This document shows, in pieces, positions 31,684 through 42,543 of a stretch of DNA of 64,000 nucleotides. The notes under the pieces are model-generated. The model made no database searches and was not told where the DNA came from. It saw only the letters and a list, made by a program, of their open reading frames with translations. Positions within the stretch are counted from its first letter, which is position 1. Each line of letters starts with the position of its first letter. Both the position numbers and the translations under genes were made by a program. Source of the DNA: an uncultured Alphaproteobacteria bacterium (lineage in GTDB: Bacteria; Pseudomonadota; Alphaproteobacteria; Rhodobacterales; Rhodobacteraceae); NCBI GenBank assembly GCA_963700485.1, contig CAVOXQ010000012.1, positions 10,684 to 74,683 on the forward strand, written 5' to 3'.

Positions 31684-31829
31684 GGGCGGGGCCTCATTTC
31701 TTTCGGTGACAGGGGTGCGCGCCTCCCTACCGCGCCCGGACCATCGGGATCAAGGGTGCTGCGGGGCTTGCAAGCGCCCGGCCGCTCGACTACGAGCGGG
31801 GCCGCGAGGACAGGCAGGATGGGCGCGCG

Positions 31830-32045
31830 ATGGAGTGGCTGATCTGGAGTGGGACGGCGTTGTCTCTGGGCGGCATCGTGGGTCTTTTCCGCTGCATCCA
31901 GCTCGCGATGCGTGCCCGCCGGGCCGGCCTTGAAGAGGCCGCGATGCGCAACCGGCTGCAACAGATTGTCCGGCTCAACCTCGGCGCACTCGCCGTCTCG
32001 GTGATCGGCCTCATGATGGTGATCCTCGGGATCTTCCTCAGCTGA
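31830..32045 (+). CDS. Small two-TM membrane protein
   Basis: Two hydrophobic helices. Confidence 0.65.
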   Translation: MEWLIWSGTALSLGGIVGLFRCIQLAMRARRAGLEEAAMRNRLQQIVRLNLGALAVSVIGLMMVILGIFLS

Positions 32046-32052
32046 GCCCCGC

Positions 32053-34143
32053 TCAGCGCCCGTCGGCATCCGCCAAAGCGCGACCGTCGTGTATCAGCGC
32101 ATCGATCAGCGGCGCCACCTCCCAGAAGAGCGGGGCCTGTGCTGCAAACCGGTGCAGATCGGCGCGCAGCACGATCAGGCCCCGCGCATCGGCCCAGGCC
32201 ATTGGCCCCCCTTCCCATCGCGGGAATCCATATCCGGCCACGACCGCCGCATCGACATCGCCCGGACGCAGCGCCACCCCCTCGCCCACCAGCCGCGCGC
32301 CCTCGTTCGCCGCAGCCGCGAGGCAGCGCAGCTGTATCTCGGCACGCCCGACCGGCCGGGCCAGAATGCCCTTGGCCTCGCGCAGCGCGGAAAGCAATGC
32401 CGCAACCTCGGGGTCTTCCTCCGGCTTCGTCCCCTCATGGCGGAAATAGCCCCGCCCTGCCTCGCGTCCGATCCGGCCCGCCTCCACCAGAAGGTCCGCC
32501 AGATCTGACCCTTCGGGCAGCGCCAGCCCCATCGCGGTGCGGCGCTGCCGTTCGGCCCAGTCAGCCGCAAGACCGGCTGCATCCGCCGCTTCGAACGGCC
32601 CCGCCACAAGGCCGAAGGCCCGCATCGCGCCATCCACCTGACCGGGCGTCGCCCCCTCTTCCAGAAGCAATTCGCCCGCCACCCGCATCGCCGCCATCAC
32701 GCGCAGGCCGATCCCGCCCACACCCGGCCCGCGCCGGATCACCAGCCGGTCCAGCCTGCGCATCAACGCCGCCAGCGTGGCGACCCGTTCGGGCGCCGTG
32801 CCCGCCGGCACCGCGATCTCGGCCAGCCGCGACCGCCCGCCCGCCGCGCCAAGCCCCAACCCCAGCATGGACCCCTGCGAACCCGAAGCCTGTGCCAGAA
32901 CCGCCGGATCGGCCCATCCCACAAGGCTGACCATCAGCGCGCCGGGCTTGGTCAGCGGGCCAAGCTCGGTCAGAACAGCCGTCTTGCTGCCCTCTTCCTC
33001 CGGCAAGGCCTCGATCACCAGGTCGCAGGCGGCCAGCGTGGAAAGCTCGGTTCCCGGAACGATGCGTTCCCAGGCCGCGTCGCGGTCGGGTGCCGCGATC
33101 TGTCCCGCCGCCACAGCCCGCTCCTGCACCGCGGCCACCCGGCCCAGCCCGGCAAAAAGCGCGGTGCTGTCCAACTCGACCACGGTCACCGACAGGCCGG
33201 CCGCCGCCAACGCCGCCGCCACCTCCGCCCCCGCTGGGGCCAGTCCGACAATCCCGACACGGGCCACGGGGCGCGCCTCGGCCTTGGCCTCGGGAAACCT
33301 CCCGGCCCGCCTCTCGGCCAGAAACGCCTTGCGCAGGCCCACCGATTCCGGGCTGGCGGACAGGTCTTCGAAAGCTGCCCGCTCGAAGGCGAGGCCCTGA
33401 TCGAAGGGCAAGAGCATCGCGGCGTCGACGCAATCGACGATCCGGCCGGGCGCGGGCAGCCGGCCGCCCGCGCCGGCGCGCGCCGAGGCGACCGCCGCCT
33501 GATAGGCGGGAACATCCGCCAAACCCTCGCGCCGGTCGCGGGTGCGGCGGGGCGCACGCCCTTCGGCCGCCATCTCGGCGGCCAGGGCGACGGCCGTCTC
33601 TACCAGCCCGTCGGGGACCACCGCATCGACAAGACCCATCGCCTGGGCCGCATCGGCGGCGACCGGCCGCCCGCCCAGCATCATGCGGAGTGCCGCCTCG
33701 GCCCCGATGAGGCGGGGCGTGCGCTGCGTGCCCCCCGCGCCCGGCAGCAGCCCCAGCGCCACCTCGGGCAGGCCGAACCGCGCCTCGGGTGCCGCAAGCC
33801 GCACATGGGCGGCCAGCGCAAGTTCCATACCGCCGCCCAGCGCGGCCCCCTGAACCGCGACGATCACCGGCTTGCGGCTGGCCTCGATACGGTCGCACAA
33901 CTCGGGCAGTGTCGGCACCCCCGCCACCGGCGGGGCGCCGAATTCGCGGATGTCGGCCCCTGCGGAAAAGATCGCGCCCTCCGACCGGATCACGACAGCA
34001 CCGACCGCCGGGTCGCCAAGTGCTGCGGCCAGCCCCTCGGCAAGTCCTGCCCGCACCTGGGCGCCCAATGCGTTGACAGGCGGGGCCCCGATCACAAGGA
34101 TCGTCACCCCGCCATCCCGCTCCTGCCGCACTGCCTGCGCCAT
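32053..34143 (-). CDS. Enoyl-CoA hydratase / 3-hydroxyacyl-CoA dehydrogenase-like fusion (FadB-like)
   Basis: FSAGADIREF, ALGGGMELALA, LPEVALGLLPGAGGTQR; C-terminal GYGFPRWEGGPM. Confidence 0.88.
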   Translation of the reverse strand: MAQAVRQERDGGVTILVIGAPPVNALGAQVRAGLAEGLAAALGDPAVGAVVIRSEGAIFSAGADIREFGAPPVAGVPTLPELCDRIEASRKPVIVAVQGAALGGGMELALAAHVRLAAPEARFGLPEVALGLLPGAGGTQRTPRLIGAEAALRMMLGGRPVAADAAQAMGLVDAVVPDGLVETAVALAAEMAAEGRAPRRTRDRREGLADVPAYQAAVASARAGAGGRLPAPGRIVDCVDAAMLLPFDQGLAFERAAFEDLSASPESVGLRKAFLAERRAGRFPEAKAEARPVARVGIVGLAPAGAEVAAALAAAGLSVTVVELDSTALFAGLGRVAAVQERAVAAGQIAAPDRDAAWERIVPGTELSTLAACDLVIEALPEEEGSKTAVLTELGPLTKPGALMVSLVGWADPAVLAQASGSQGSMLGLGLGAAGGRSRLAEIAVPAGTAPERVATLAALMRRLDRLVIRRGPGVGGIGLRVMAAMRVAGELLLEEGATPGQVDGAMRAFGLVAGPFEAADAAGLAADWAERQRRTAMGLALPEGSDLADLLVEAGRIGREAGRGYFRHEGTKPEEDPEVAALLSALREAKGILARPVGRAEIQLRCLAAAANEGARLVGEGVALRPGDVDAAVVAGYGFPRWEGGPMAWADARGLIVLRADLHRFAAQAPLFWEVAPLIDALIHDGRALADADGR

Positions 34144-34227
34144 GCCCGACCCCTTCAGCCCCCGTTTCCCCTTTGTAAGGTCTCGGGCGGACTTGGCAAC
34201 GCCTTGCTGGGGCAGGTGCGCGCCGGA

Positions 34228-34440
34228 CTAGACCGGCAGGTTGTCAAACTGGGCCTCGACCGCGTCCTCGTCGCTCAGGCTGTCACGCTGCCGGGCGCGC
34301 GTCTCGCGGGCCGTGCCTGCGGGTTCGCAGGAATCGCTCCCCAGCATCAGTTCGGTCAGTGCGGTCAACTCGTCCCGCAGCCGGACCAGATCCTTGGGCT
34401 GGGCGGCGGCGGCTTGTTCTTTCTCTTTCGGATGGCTCAT
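34228..34440 (-). CDS. Hypothetical protein
   Basis: ATG overlaps the dksA-like stop; ends EAQFDNLPV. Confidence 0.6.
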   Translation of the reverse strand: MSHPKEKEQAAAAQPKDLVRLRDELTALTELMLGSDSCEPAGTARETRARQRDSLSDEDAVEAQFDNLPV

Positions 34441-34754
34441 TTTGCGCAGTTCCTGCAAAAAGGGGTGTAGGGCAGAACATCGAGGCGTTCTTCCGAGATC
34501 GCGTCGCCGCAGCGCACGCAAACCCCGTATTCGCCCGCGTCCATGCGTTCCAGCGCCGCTTCGATCTGGCGCATCTCGTGCTGGGCAGAGACACCTATCC
34601 CCTCGAGCACCTCGTCGGCCTCCCGCTCGACGGCCAGTTCCTCCCAATCCGTGGACTGGTGCGAGTCCAGTTCGTCGTCGATCGCCTCGATCCGGGTCTT
34701 CAAGTCGGCGTAGCGCGCTTCAAGCTGCACGCGGCGTGCGCTGGTCGGAATCAT
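34437..34754 (-). CDS. TraR/DksA C4 zinc-finger protein
   Basis: AL.RM..GEYGVCVRCG..IS.ERL..LP.TP.C..CA. Confidence 0.9.
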   Translation of the reverse strand: MIPTSARRVQLEARYADLKTRIEAIDDELDSHQSTDWEELAVEREADEVLEGIGVSAQHEMRQIEAALERMDAGEYGVCVRCGDAISEERLDVLPYTPFCRNCAK

Positions 34755-34807
34755 CCGGTCCTCCTTTTGCAACTGACCGATCCTGCCGTCCCGAGGTGGG
34801 GCGCGCA

Positions 34808-34821
34808 TTGATGCAGGTCAA
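34808..34821. promoter_or_regulatory. FNR (FnrL) box TTGAT-GCAG-GTCAA
   Basis: Near-consensus site between the divergent dksA-like and yeeE genes. Confidence 0.75.
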
Positions 34822-34892
34822 CTGCGGGGCCTTGCAAGCCGGCGCACCTTGCCGCCAATGTGGGGCCTCGGATGACGGTTGGGGCGCAGCGG

Positions 34893-35318
34893 ATGAACAT
34901 GCAGGACTTGGCTCTGGGGTTTCTCGGCGGGCTCGTGATCGGCACGGCCGCCGCGCTCTACCTGCTGGTCAGCGGCCGGATCATGGGGGCGTCGGGCATC
35001 CTCGGCGGACTGATCGACGGCAGCGCCCGGTCGCGCCGGGCAGAGCAGAGCGCGTTCCTCGCGGGCCTTGTCGGGGTGCCGGCGCTGCTGTCGCTCGCAT
35101 GGCCCGCCACCACCCACCTGACCCAGAACTGGGCGATCATCATCCTGGCGGGGCTTTGCGTCGGCCTGGGGACACGGCTCGCGGGCGGTTGCACCTCGGG
35201 GCACGGGGTCTGCGGAATGTCGCGCCTGGCCCCGCGCGGCCTTGTTGCGACCGCGATCTATCTGGTCACGGGCGCCCTCACGCTTCTGGTGGCGCGCCAT
35301 ATCCTGGGGGCGATCTGA
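34893..35318 (+). CDS. YeeE/YedE family sulfur transporter subunit
   Basis: GRIMGASGI, GTRLAGGCTSGHGVCG. Confidence 0.9.
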   Translation: MNMQDLALGFLGGLVIGTAAALYLLVSGRIMGASGILGGLIDGSARSRRAEQSAFLAGLVGVPALLSLAWPATTHLTQNWAIIILAGLCVGLGTRLAGGCTSGHGVCGMSRLAPRGLVATAIYLVTGALTLLVARHILGAI

Positions 35319-35749
35319 TGCTGCGAGCCGTCTTCGCAACCCTCGCCGGCGGTCTGTTCGGCGCCGGCCTGTTCCTGTCGGGGATGACAGACACGACCAA
35401 GGTGCAGGGCTGGCTCGACATCTTCGGCGACTGGGATCCGACGCTGGCCTTCGTTCTGGGCGGCGCGGTTCTGCCGATGGCAATCGCCTGGCGGATCGCG
35501 GCGCGGCGCGATGCGGCCATGCTTGGCGGGCCGCTGCCCGGCCCGGCGCCGCGCCGGATCGATGCGGGGCTTGTGTTCGGCTCTGCCCTCTTCGGTGCCG
35601 GCTGGGCGCTGGCCGGGCTCTGCCCCGGTCCCGCACTTGCCTCGCTCGGCTATGGCGGCGGCGGCGGGGTGCTCTTTCTTCTGGCGATGGCGGGCGGTAT
35701 GATCGTCGCGCCCGCCGCCCGCGCCCGCCTTGCTCGACCGGCCCCATGA
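35318..35749 (+). CDS. YeeE/YedE family sulfur transporter subunit (second half)
   Basis: SGMTD..KVQGWLD.FG.WDPTLAFV, GW.LAGLCPGPA. Confidence 0.88.
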   Translation: MLRAVFATLAGGLFGAGLFLSGMTDTTKVQGWLDIFGDWDPTLAFVLGGAVLPMAIAWRIAARRDAAMLGGPLPGPAPRRIDAGLVFGSALFGAGWALAGLCPGPALASLGYGGGGGVLFLLAMAGGMIVAPAARARLARPAP

Positions 35750-35763
35750 TCTAGAGGATCCCG

Positions 35764-36192
35764 ATGGATATCCGCCCCTTGACCGACAGCTATGCCGTCT
35801 CGCCGCAGATCTCGCCCGCCGACCTGGCTGCGATCAAGGCCGCGGGCTACACGACGGTAATCGACAATCGCCCCGACGCCGAGATACCCTCCGATCTGCA
35901 CACCGCCGCCATGCGCGCCGGGGCCGAGGCGCTGGGTCTTAAATTCATCGCCAATCCGGTCATCGGGGGCGCGCTGACGATGGCGAACGTCGAGGCACAG
36001 CGTGCAGCGATGACGGCGGCCTCCGGCCCGGTCCTCGCCTATTGCGCCTCGGGCAACCGATCGTCCGTGGTCTGGGCGCTGGCCGAGGCCGGAACCCGCC
36101 CGACCGACGAGCTGATCTCGATCCCCGCCCGCTTCGGCTACCAGCTCGACGGGATGCGTGCGCAGATCGAGGCCCTCGCCGCCCGGCGCTGA
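35764..36192 (+). CDS. TIGR01244/DUF442 sulfurtransferase
   Basis: AVSPQI, VIDNRPD.E, PVLAYCASGNRS. Confidence 0.88.
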   Translation: MDIRPLTDSYAVSPQISPADLAAIKAAGYTTVIDNRPDAEIPSDLHTAAMRAGAEALGLKFIANPVIGGALTMANVEAQRAAMTAASGPVLAYCASGNRSSVVWALAEAGTRPTDELISIPARFGYQLDGMRAQIEALAARR

Positions 36193-36550
36193 ACGCGCGC
36201 GTCCGGGCCCGGCCCGCGCAGCACTCGGCCCGCCTCGCCCGCCGCCCGTGTCGGGCAGGCTCTTCGATCCGCATCGTCTTCGCACCCCCGCCACCAGAAT
36301 GCCCTGCCCGGCCGCATCGGCCTGACGCGGCCAGATGCGGGAACGTGGGCGGGCGGTGGCGATCTGCCGGTCGCCCCGTGGCCACAGGGGGTCGCGGTTG
36401 TCACGAAACGGTCTCGCCCGTCACGATGCCGTTCTGATGGTCACGATGCCGGCACTTTGCCGGCCCTACCCGTCCCCTCCGTCACTCCGGGCCATCCCGC
36501 ACGGCCTTGGGCCCGGGCGCTGGCCCGGACCGATCCATCACGGCGCGGGC

Positions 36551-37486
36551 TCAGCCCCCGACCACCTTCAGCACGGGCGGCATGGCCGCCGGCGGCTCTT
36601 CCGCAACGACCGGTTCGGGGATCAACCGCACGGCCCGCATTCCCCGGTTCTGCCCCAGTTTGCCCGCCGCCAGTTGGCGCCCGTCGAGTCCTTGCAGCAC
36701 GATGCTTTCCAATGCGGCCATCGGCAGCGGCAGGATCGCACCGGGGGCCAGCCCCATCACCAGCGACAAGGGCACCGTAAGCCGGTGCAGCACCGCCGAG
36801 AGCTCCGCCTCGGTCACCATGACCTGCTCGCCCAGCGCCTTTGTGAACCGGGCCTGCGCCACCGGGGCGGGTGTCGCCTCGGGCAAGGGGCGCGGCTTGC
36901 GCCCGCGCCCCTCGGACGGCAACGCCAGCAGAACCTGGCCGGTCTTGGCGCCCCCGGCGAGCCGAACCTCGGCCTCCAGCACCCGATAGCTCTCTTCTTC
37001 CAGCAGGAGGCCGAGCGGGCGCGGATCGTCGAGAAACGAGGCATAGCGGAACCCGCCTGCCCAGGTGATGTCGGGGTCGTGGTCGAGCCCGGCTTCCAGA
37101 TCCTCGAGCGCCCGGTCGATCACGCCCGCGACCATCGTGGCATCGGTGCGCGTCGGCTTGCGGACGGGCGGGGCGGCGCTGCCCACCCGTCCCATCGTCT
37201 GCATCTCGATCATCGCGGACAGCACGGACGGCGAGAGCGTCAGGATGCCCAGCGCATCGCGTGGCCCCTCCAGCACGGCGATCAGCGCGCGCTCGGGCGC
37301 CACATCCAGCAATTCGGCCAGCGTCAGGCGCGCGACCGACATCCGGGCCACTTCGAGCGGCAGGGCAAACAGATCGTTGGTCGCCCGCGCCAACGCGAGC
37401 CGCCAGCCCCGATCCGCCCCCGGCGCACCATCCTGCGCGTCGAGCCGCCCCGCCGCCAGCTTCTTCCTGATCACCTCGCCTGCCAC
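36551..37486 (-). CDS. FliM/FliN C-terminal (SpoA) domain protein
   Basis: RKPTRTDA middle region; C-terminal L.PG.ILPL...GKLGQNRG.RAVRL. Confidence 0.75.
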   Translation of the reverse strand: MAGEVIRKKLAAGRLDAQDGAPGADRGWRLALARATNDLFALPLEVARMSVARLTLAELLDVAPERALIAVLEGPRDALGILTLSPSVLSAMIEMQTMGRVGSAAPPVRKPTRTDATMVAGVIDRALEDLEAGLDHDPDITWAGGFRYASFLDDPRPLGLLLEEESYRVLEAEVRLAGGAKTGQVLLALPSEGRGRKPRPLPEATPAPVAQARFTKALGEQVMVTEAELSAVLHRLTVPLSLVMGLAPGAILPLPMAALESIVLQGLDGRQLAAGKLGQNRGMRAVRLIPEPVVAEEPPAAMPPVLKVVGG

Positions 37487-37582
37487 CCTGCCCCTGCCCC
37501 GTCTGCCGCATCAGGCACCCACCCTAGCGCGCGCACGGTTAACAAAAGATGGCCTTGGGATCGGGCCGGGACCGCTCAGAGG

Positions 37583-40291
37583 TCACGCGGCATCGCGCAG
37601 ACGCAGCGGGAAGGTCACGCGAAACGCCGTTCCTCGCTGGCCCGGCAGATAGCCGATCGTTCCGCCGAGGTTCGCCATCACCTCGCGACAGATCGCGAGG
37701 CCAAGCCCCGCCCCCCCGGCCCGCGTCTCGTCGGTCAACCGCGCGAATTTCTCGAAGATCAGCGCCTGTGCGTCCTGTGCGATGCCCGTTCCGTTGTCGA
37801 TCACGTCGACGATGACCCGCCCGCCGCGCTGCCGCACCACGATGCGGATCTCGGGATGCTCGGCCTGGCAGTATTTGCGCGCATTCGAAATGAGGTTGAT
37901 GAACACCTGGGTCAGCCGGTCCGGGTCGGTGTAGACGAACAGCAGTTCCGCCGCAGGGTCTCGGTGCACCGTGAACGACCGCTCGGGGCGCACGTTGCCG
38001 GCAGCAGCCAGCGCGCGGTCGATCATCTCCTGCACGCTTGCCAGTTGCAGGTTCAATTGCACCGTCCCGCTTTCCAGCACGCTCATGTCCAGCAGGTCAT
38101 CGAGCAGCCGCGTCAGGCGGATCGCCTCGTCGTGGATGATGCGCGCATGGCGCGCGGCCACCTCGGGCGGCATGTCGCCCTCCATCAGGATTTCCGAGAA
38201 GGCCCGGATCGAGGTCATCGGCGTGCGCAGTTCATGGCTGATCTGACTGAGGAAGGCATCCTTCTGCACCGACAGCCGGGTCAGCTTCTCGTTGGCCTCG
38301 CGCAACTGCCGCGCGGTGCGGCTCAACTCGTCGGACTGCGCCTCGAGGCGGGCGGAATATTCCATGATCTGCGCCGTCTCGTTGGCCACGGCCATCAGAT
38401 CCTCGACCGTCACCGCCCGTCCGCCCACGGCCTGGCGACAGCATCGCATGCGCCGTCGCGGCGCCGACCGATCCCGACAATCGCCGCTCCAGCGCGTCGA
38501 TGAAATCCGGGCGTCGGGTCGGGCAGGCACGCCGTCCTTGCCCTTGCGCCCGGGCCTCGGCCTCGAAGAATGCCAGCGCCTCGTCCTCGCCCAGAATCCG
38601 CTGCGACATGGATCAGCAGGTCCTCCGGCTCGGCCCCGCCCCGCGATCCAGCCGCGCGCGCCGCTGCCCTGCTTCGAAGACATTGACGAAGGCCGCGCCC
38701 TGCACCCGCTCCACCGGCGCGGGAAAGGTCAGCGAGCGACCCAAGGCAAAAGGCCGTCGTATTCAGCGCCAGCGACCAGAACGAGCGCATGGATCAGCGG
38801 GTCCATCCCCGTCGACCCCGAACAGCGCCTGCGGGCGCAGCCAGACCAGCCCGAACCGGACCCTCGGCCAGTCGATCTGCGCCGGACATCACCGCCGCCC
38901 GGCCCGAAGGACGGAAGATACGAGCGCATAGGCCCAGACCGACAAACCCCACCGTCAGCCCCAGCCGCAGCGCCCACGCGCGTGGCCCCGCGCCAGAACA
39001 GCCCGCCCAGCATCGCCGGCAGGATCTGCGCCACCCCGACAAAGGAGATCAGCCCGATCGCGGCCAGCGCCGCGGACCCGCCCGACAGCCGGAAATAGGC
39101 ATAGCCCAGCGCCAGCACCGCCCGCGATCGACAGCCGCCGCGCCATCAGCACGACGCGCCGCACGTCGCCCGACACCGCCTGCGCCGGGCGCAGCCACAG
39201 CCAGACCGGCATCACGATATGGTTCGACACCATCGTGGCCAGCGCGATCGATGCGACGATCACCATCGAGGTGGCCGAGGAAAACCCGCCAAGAAAGGCC
39301 AGCATCGCCAGCCCGCCCTGCCCTTCGGCCAGGGGCAGCGTCAGCACGAACAGGTCGGGGTTCGCCCCCGCCGGCAGCCGGTCCAGCCCGACGACCGCAA
39401 TCGGCACGACGAACAGGCTCATCAGGAACAGATAAAGCGGAAAGGCCCAGCTCGCCGTCGCCAGATGCCGCTCGTCGACATTCTCGACGACCATCACCTG
39501 AAACATGCGCGGCAGGCACATCACGGCGGCGGCCGACAGGAAGATCAACCCGGTCCAGCGCCCGGGCTGCAACTGCCACTCCGCGATCGGCGATGCGTCG
39601 ATCCGCGCGAGACATGTCGGCCGCGCCGTCGGCCATGCCCCAGACGACGAAGATCCCCACCGCGACGAGCGCCACCAGCTTGACCACCGCCTCGACGGCA
39701 ATGGCGGTGACGATGCCGTGGTGGCTGCTCGTTGGCATCGAGGTTACGGGTGCCGAACAGGATGGTGAACAGCGCCAGCCCCACCGCCACCCAGATCGCC
39801 GTCGCCGCCCGGTCCGGCAGCGCCCAGCCATCGGGCGTGGCGCTGGCGAAGACCCCGAAGGACAGCGTCACCGACTGCAATTGCAGCGCGATATAGGGCG
39901 TCGCCGCGACCACCGCGATCAGCGTGACGATCACCCCGAGCAGGTTCGACTTGCCGTAGCGCGACGAGATCAGGTCGGCGATCGAGGTGATCCGCTGCTG
40001 CCGCCCGATCCGCACCAGCTTGCGCAGCACCCACCACCAGCCGACGAAGACCAGCGTCGGGCCAAGGTAGATCGTCACGAACTCCAGCCCCGACCGCGCG
40101 GCATAGCCGACCGCGCCGTAGAACGTCCAGGCGGTGCAGTAGATCGACAGCGACAGCGTGTAGACCAGCGGGGAATCGAAGCCAGCGCAGACGCCCCAGG
40201 CCGCGCCCGCCGTTCCACCATGAAGGCCACGAGGAACAGATCCGACGACATAGGTCACGCAGACCAGGACCAGAAGGTTGAAGGGCATCAT
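37583..40291 (-). CDS. Sodium:solute symporter (SLC5)-histidine kinase fusion, multiple frameshifts
   Basis: YTLSLSIYCTAWTFYGAVG, PYIALQL, LPRMFQV.VVEN; H-box FLSQISHELRTPMTSI; N, D and G boxes. Confidence 0.85.
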
Positions 40292-40699
40292 CAGCCCTCG
40301 CCCCGTCTCGCGCCGGTCGCCGACGCGCAGTTTCGCGCCGCGCGCCGAGGCGTGTCTGGCGACCCAGGATCAGCCGGCACGGGCGCCACCCCGCCGGGTT
40401 CGGGCGCAAGACGAGCCGACCGGCGGCATGCCGGCCGCCGTTTCCCTCGGGCCCGGGCGCCGGCAGCCGCCGGTTCGGGCGCCGACAGCCCGGCAGCAGG
40501 CGCGCGCACAGGATAATCGCGCCGACGATCGGCGAACAGGTAGACCGCGTCCCAGGCGGTCGCGCAGCTGACGCCGTTCGGTCCACAGCATCGGCAACAG
40601 CAGCAGGAACCACCGAACACCGGCAACAGCCGCGCGGCATCAATCCGTCGGCGGCGCCGATAGGGGCCGCGTTGCAGGAAACGGGGCGCCGCCGATCAT
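40291..40699 (-). CDS. Small membrane protein, frameshifted
   Basis: Start overlaps the response regulator stop and the stop abuts the kinase start; hydrophobic fragments. Confidence 0.45.
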
Positions 40700-41062
40700 G
40701 CGCCCGCCAGTTCCCGCACGGCCGGCCAGAAGATCGGCGTTCGAGAACGGCTTGCGACAGAAAGCGGTCGGCACCCGCGCTGCTCGGCCAGGTCACGGTC
40801 CCGGCCCCGTGCGGTCAACATCATCACCGGCAGCTGCCGTATCGCCGGATCGGCCGCGGACGCCGCCAGGATCTCAAGGCCCGACAGGCCGGGCAGCATG
40901 TGGTCAAGGATCACCAGGTCCGGCGGGTCCGGATCGCATCCGGTCCAGCACCAGACTGCCGTCGGCGACATGGCTGACCTCCCAGCCTTCGCGCGACAGG
41001 ATGAACTGGATCGCCTCGGCGATGTTCGGCTCATCGTCGACGAGGAGCACATGCCTGGCCAA
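40696..41062 (-). CDS. Single-domain response regulator, frameshifted
   Basis: HVLLVDDEPNIAEAI.FIL.REG; PDLVILDHMLPG.SG; PVMMLTARG. Confidence 0.82.
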
Positions 41063-41146
41063 TCGAGCGTCCCTCCCGAAGCAGCCCCTCCCCTGCTCCT
41101 GCCGCTACTATCGGCAGAACCGGTCCCGCTGTCAAAAGCGGAAACG

Positions 41147-42427
41147 TCATCCGGCCTCGGCAAGGATCGTCGGTTCGCGCCGCGCCGGGCAGTCTTGGCG
41201 CGCGACAGATCCGGCAGCTTGATCCCACAACCAGCGCCGCCGCCGCTGGCCGGGTCACCCGGCAGGATCAGCATGGCTGCCCGCCGCAGTTCCGGCCCGC
41301 GGGGGCCAACGGGTCGCACGTGTCGCACCAGGCCTGCACCCGGAACGGACGCCGGTCTTGCCCGGCGACCTCAACCGTGGCTTCGACGGGCTGCTGCGGG
41401 CGCCCGAGTGCCGCATAAAGCGGCCAAAGCGGGCACGCGGCACCAAACCTTGGCAAGGGAAAGCCGGGTGCGGACTTGCGAAAGGTCAGCGTGCCGGACC
41501 CGTCACAGATCACCAGACCCAGGCCCAGCGACGGCAGCACCGCCAGCCGCCGCATCACCAGCGCAGGCTCCAGCGCCAGCCGTCCGGCAATCGCCAGCGC
41601 ATCCGACCGCCATCGGTGGCGACCGCCGCTGTCAGCACGGGTTCCGGCAGCGCCCCGGCATCTGCTGCCGCTTGCACAAGGTATGCCCGCGCCAGGCTCC
41701 GCGCGGCGGAGGAGGCCAGCACTGCCACCTCCCCCTCCATGGCGCCCGCCAGTTCCGCGTCGCTGATCGCCCAGCCCCGCCGCGCAAGCCAGTCCTCGAC
41801 CTCTTCCTGCGGCGATGCGATCCCCTGTTCCGCCATCGTGCTCCCAGCATCCAGATAAGCCACCAGCGCCTCCGCGCCTGAGGCCAGCCGCTCGCTGTCG
41901 CCATAGAGGTTCTGGTGGAACCGGTCCGCCCACTCCCGCGACAGATCTCGGCGTCTCGGCCAGGATCGCTGCCGTCGCTCGGATCGACGACAGCGAAGAC
42001 AGCACCTCGTGCAGCGCCGTGAAAGGTGCGGATCATGCGTCATCCGGTCGTTCAGCGCTGCTATCGCCCGCTCCAGCCCCTGCACCCGCCCGTCAAGGTC
42101 GGCCACCAAGCCCGCCCAGCCCGGAAACCGCCCAACGAATTCCTCCAGCCGGTCCAACTCCGCGGGAACCGAGTGCGCCCGTCCCGCAGCCGACTGCAGT
42201 CCCTCGATCAGCGTCGCAGCACCCCCGCCCGCCAGCGCGGCCCGGTCCAGCCCCAGCACATCGGCCAGCCGGTCCGCCACCTCGGGCGTGACCTTGCGCC
42301 GGTTGTGCTCGATCAGGTTGAGGTAGGACGCCGAAATCCCCGCCGCCACTGCGACATCGGCCTGCCGCAGGCCCTGTGCCAGACGGCGTTCGCGCAGGCG
42401 GGTACCAGTCAGGGCAGAGATCGGCAT
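41147..42427 (-). CDS. XRE-family short-chain fatty acyl-CoA regulator (ScfR/RamB/PccR type), frameshifted
   Basis: GTRLRERR...GISASYLNLIEHNRR; FG.ACPLWPLY; VGSSCRIC...C.ARREP. Confidence 0.82.
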
Positions 42428-42450
42428 GGGTCACCTCCGCTTCCGGGGAC

Positions 42451-42476
42451 TTTACAAAGTCTGTCAAGCTTTACAA
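42451..42476. promoter_or_regulatory. ScfR/RamB-type autoregulatory site (TTTACAAA...TTTACAA)
   Basis: Repeated TTTACAA just upstream of the regulator; resembles TTTGCAAA boxes of this family. Confidence 0.45.
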
Positions 42477-42543
42477 CGCTGAAAAGCGGGAGAAAGGCGC
42501 CGCCCGCAGCACGGACGACGCCCCATATCCCGACCCGAGCAGC

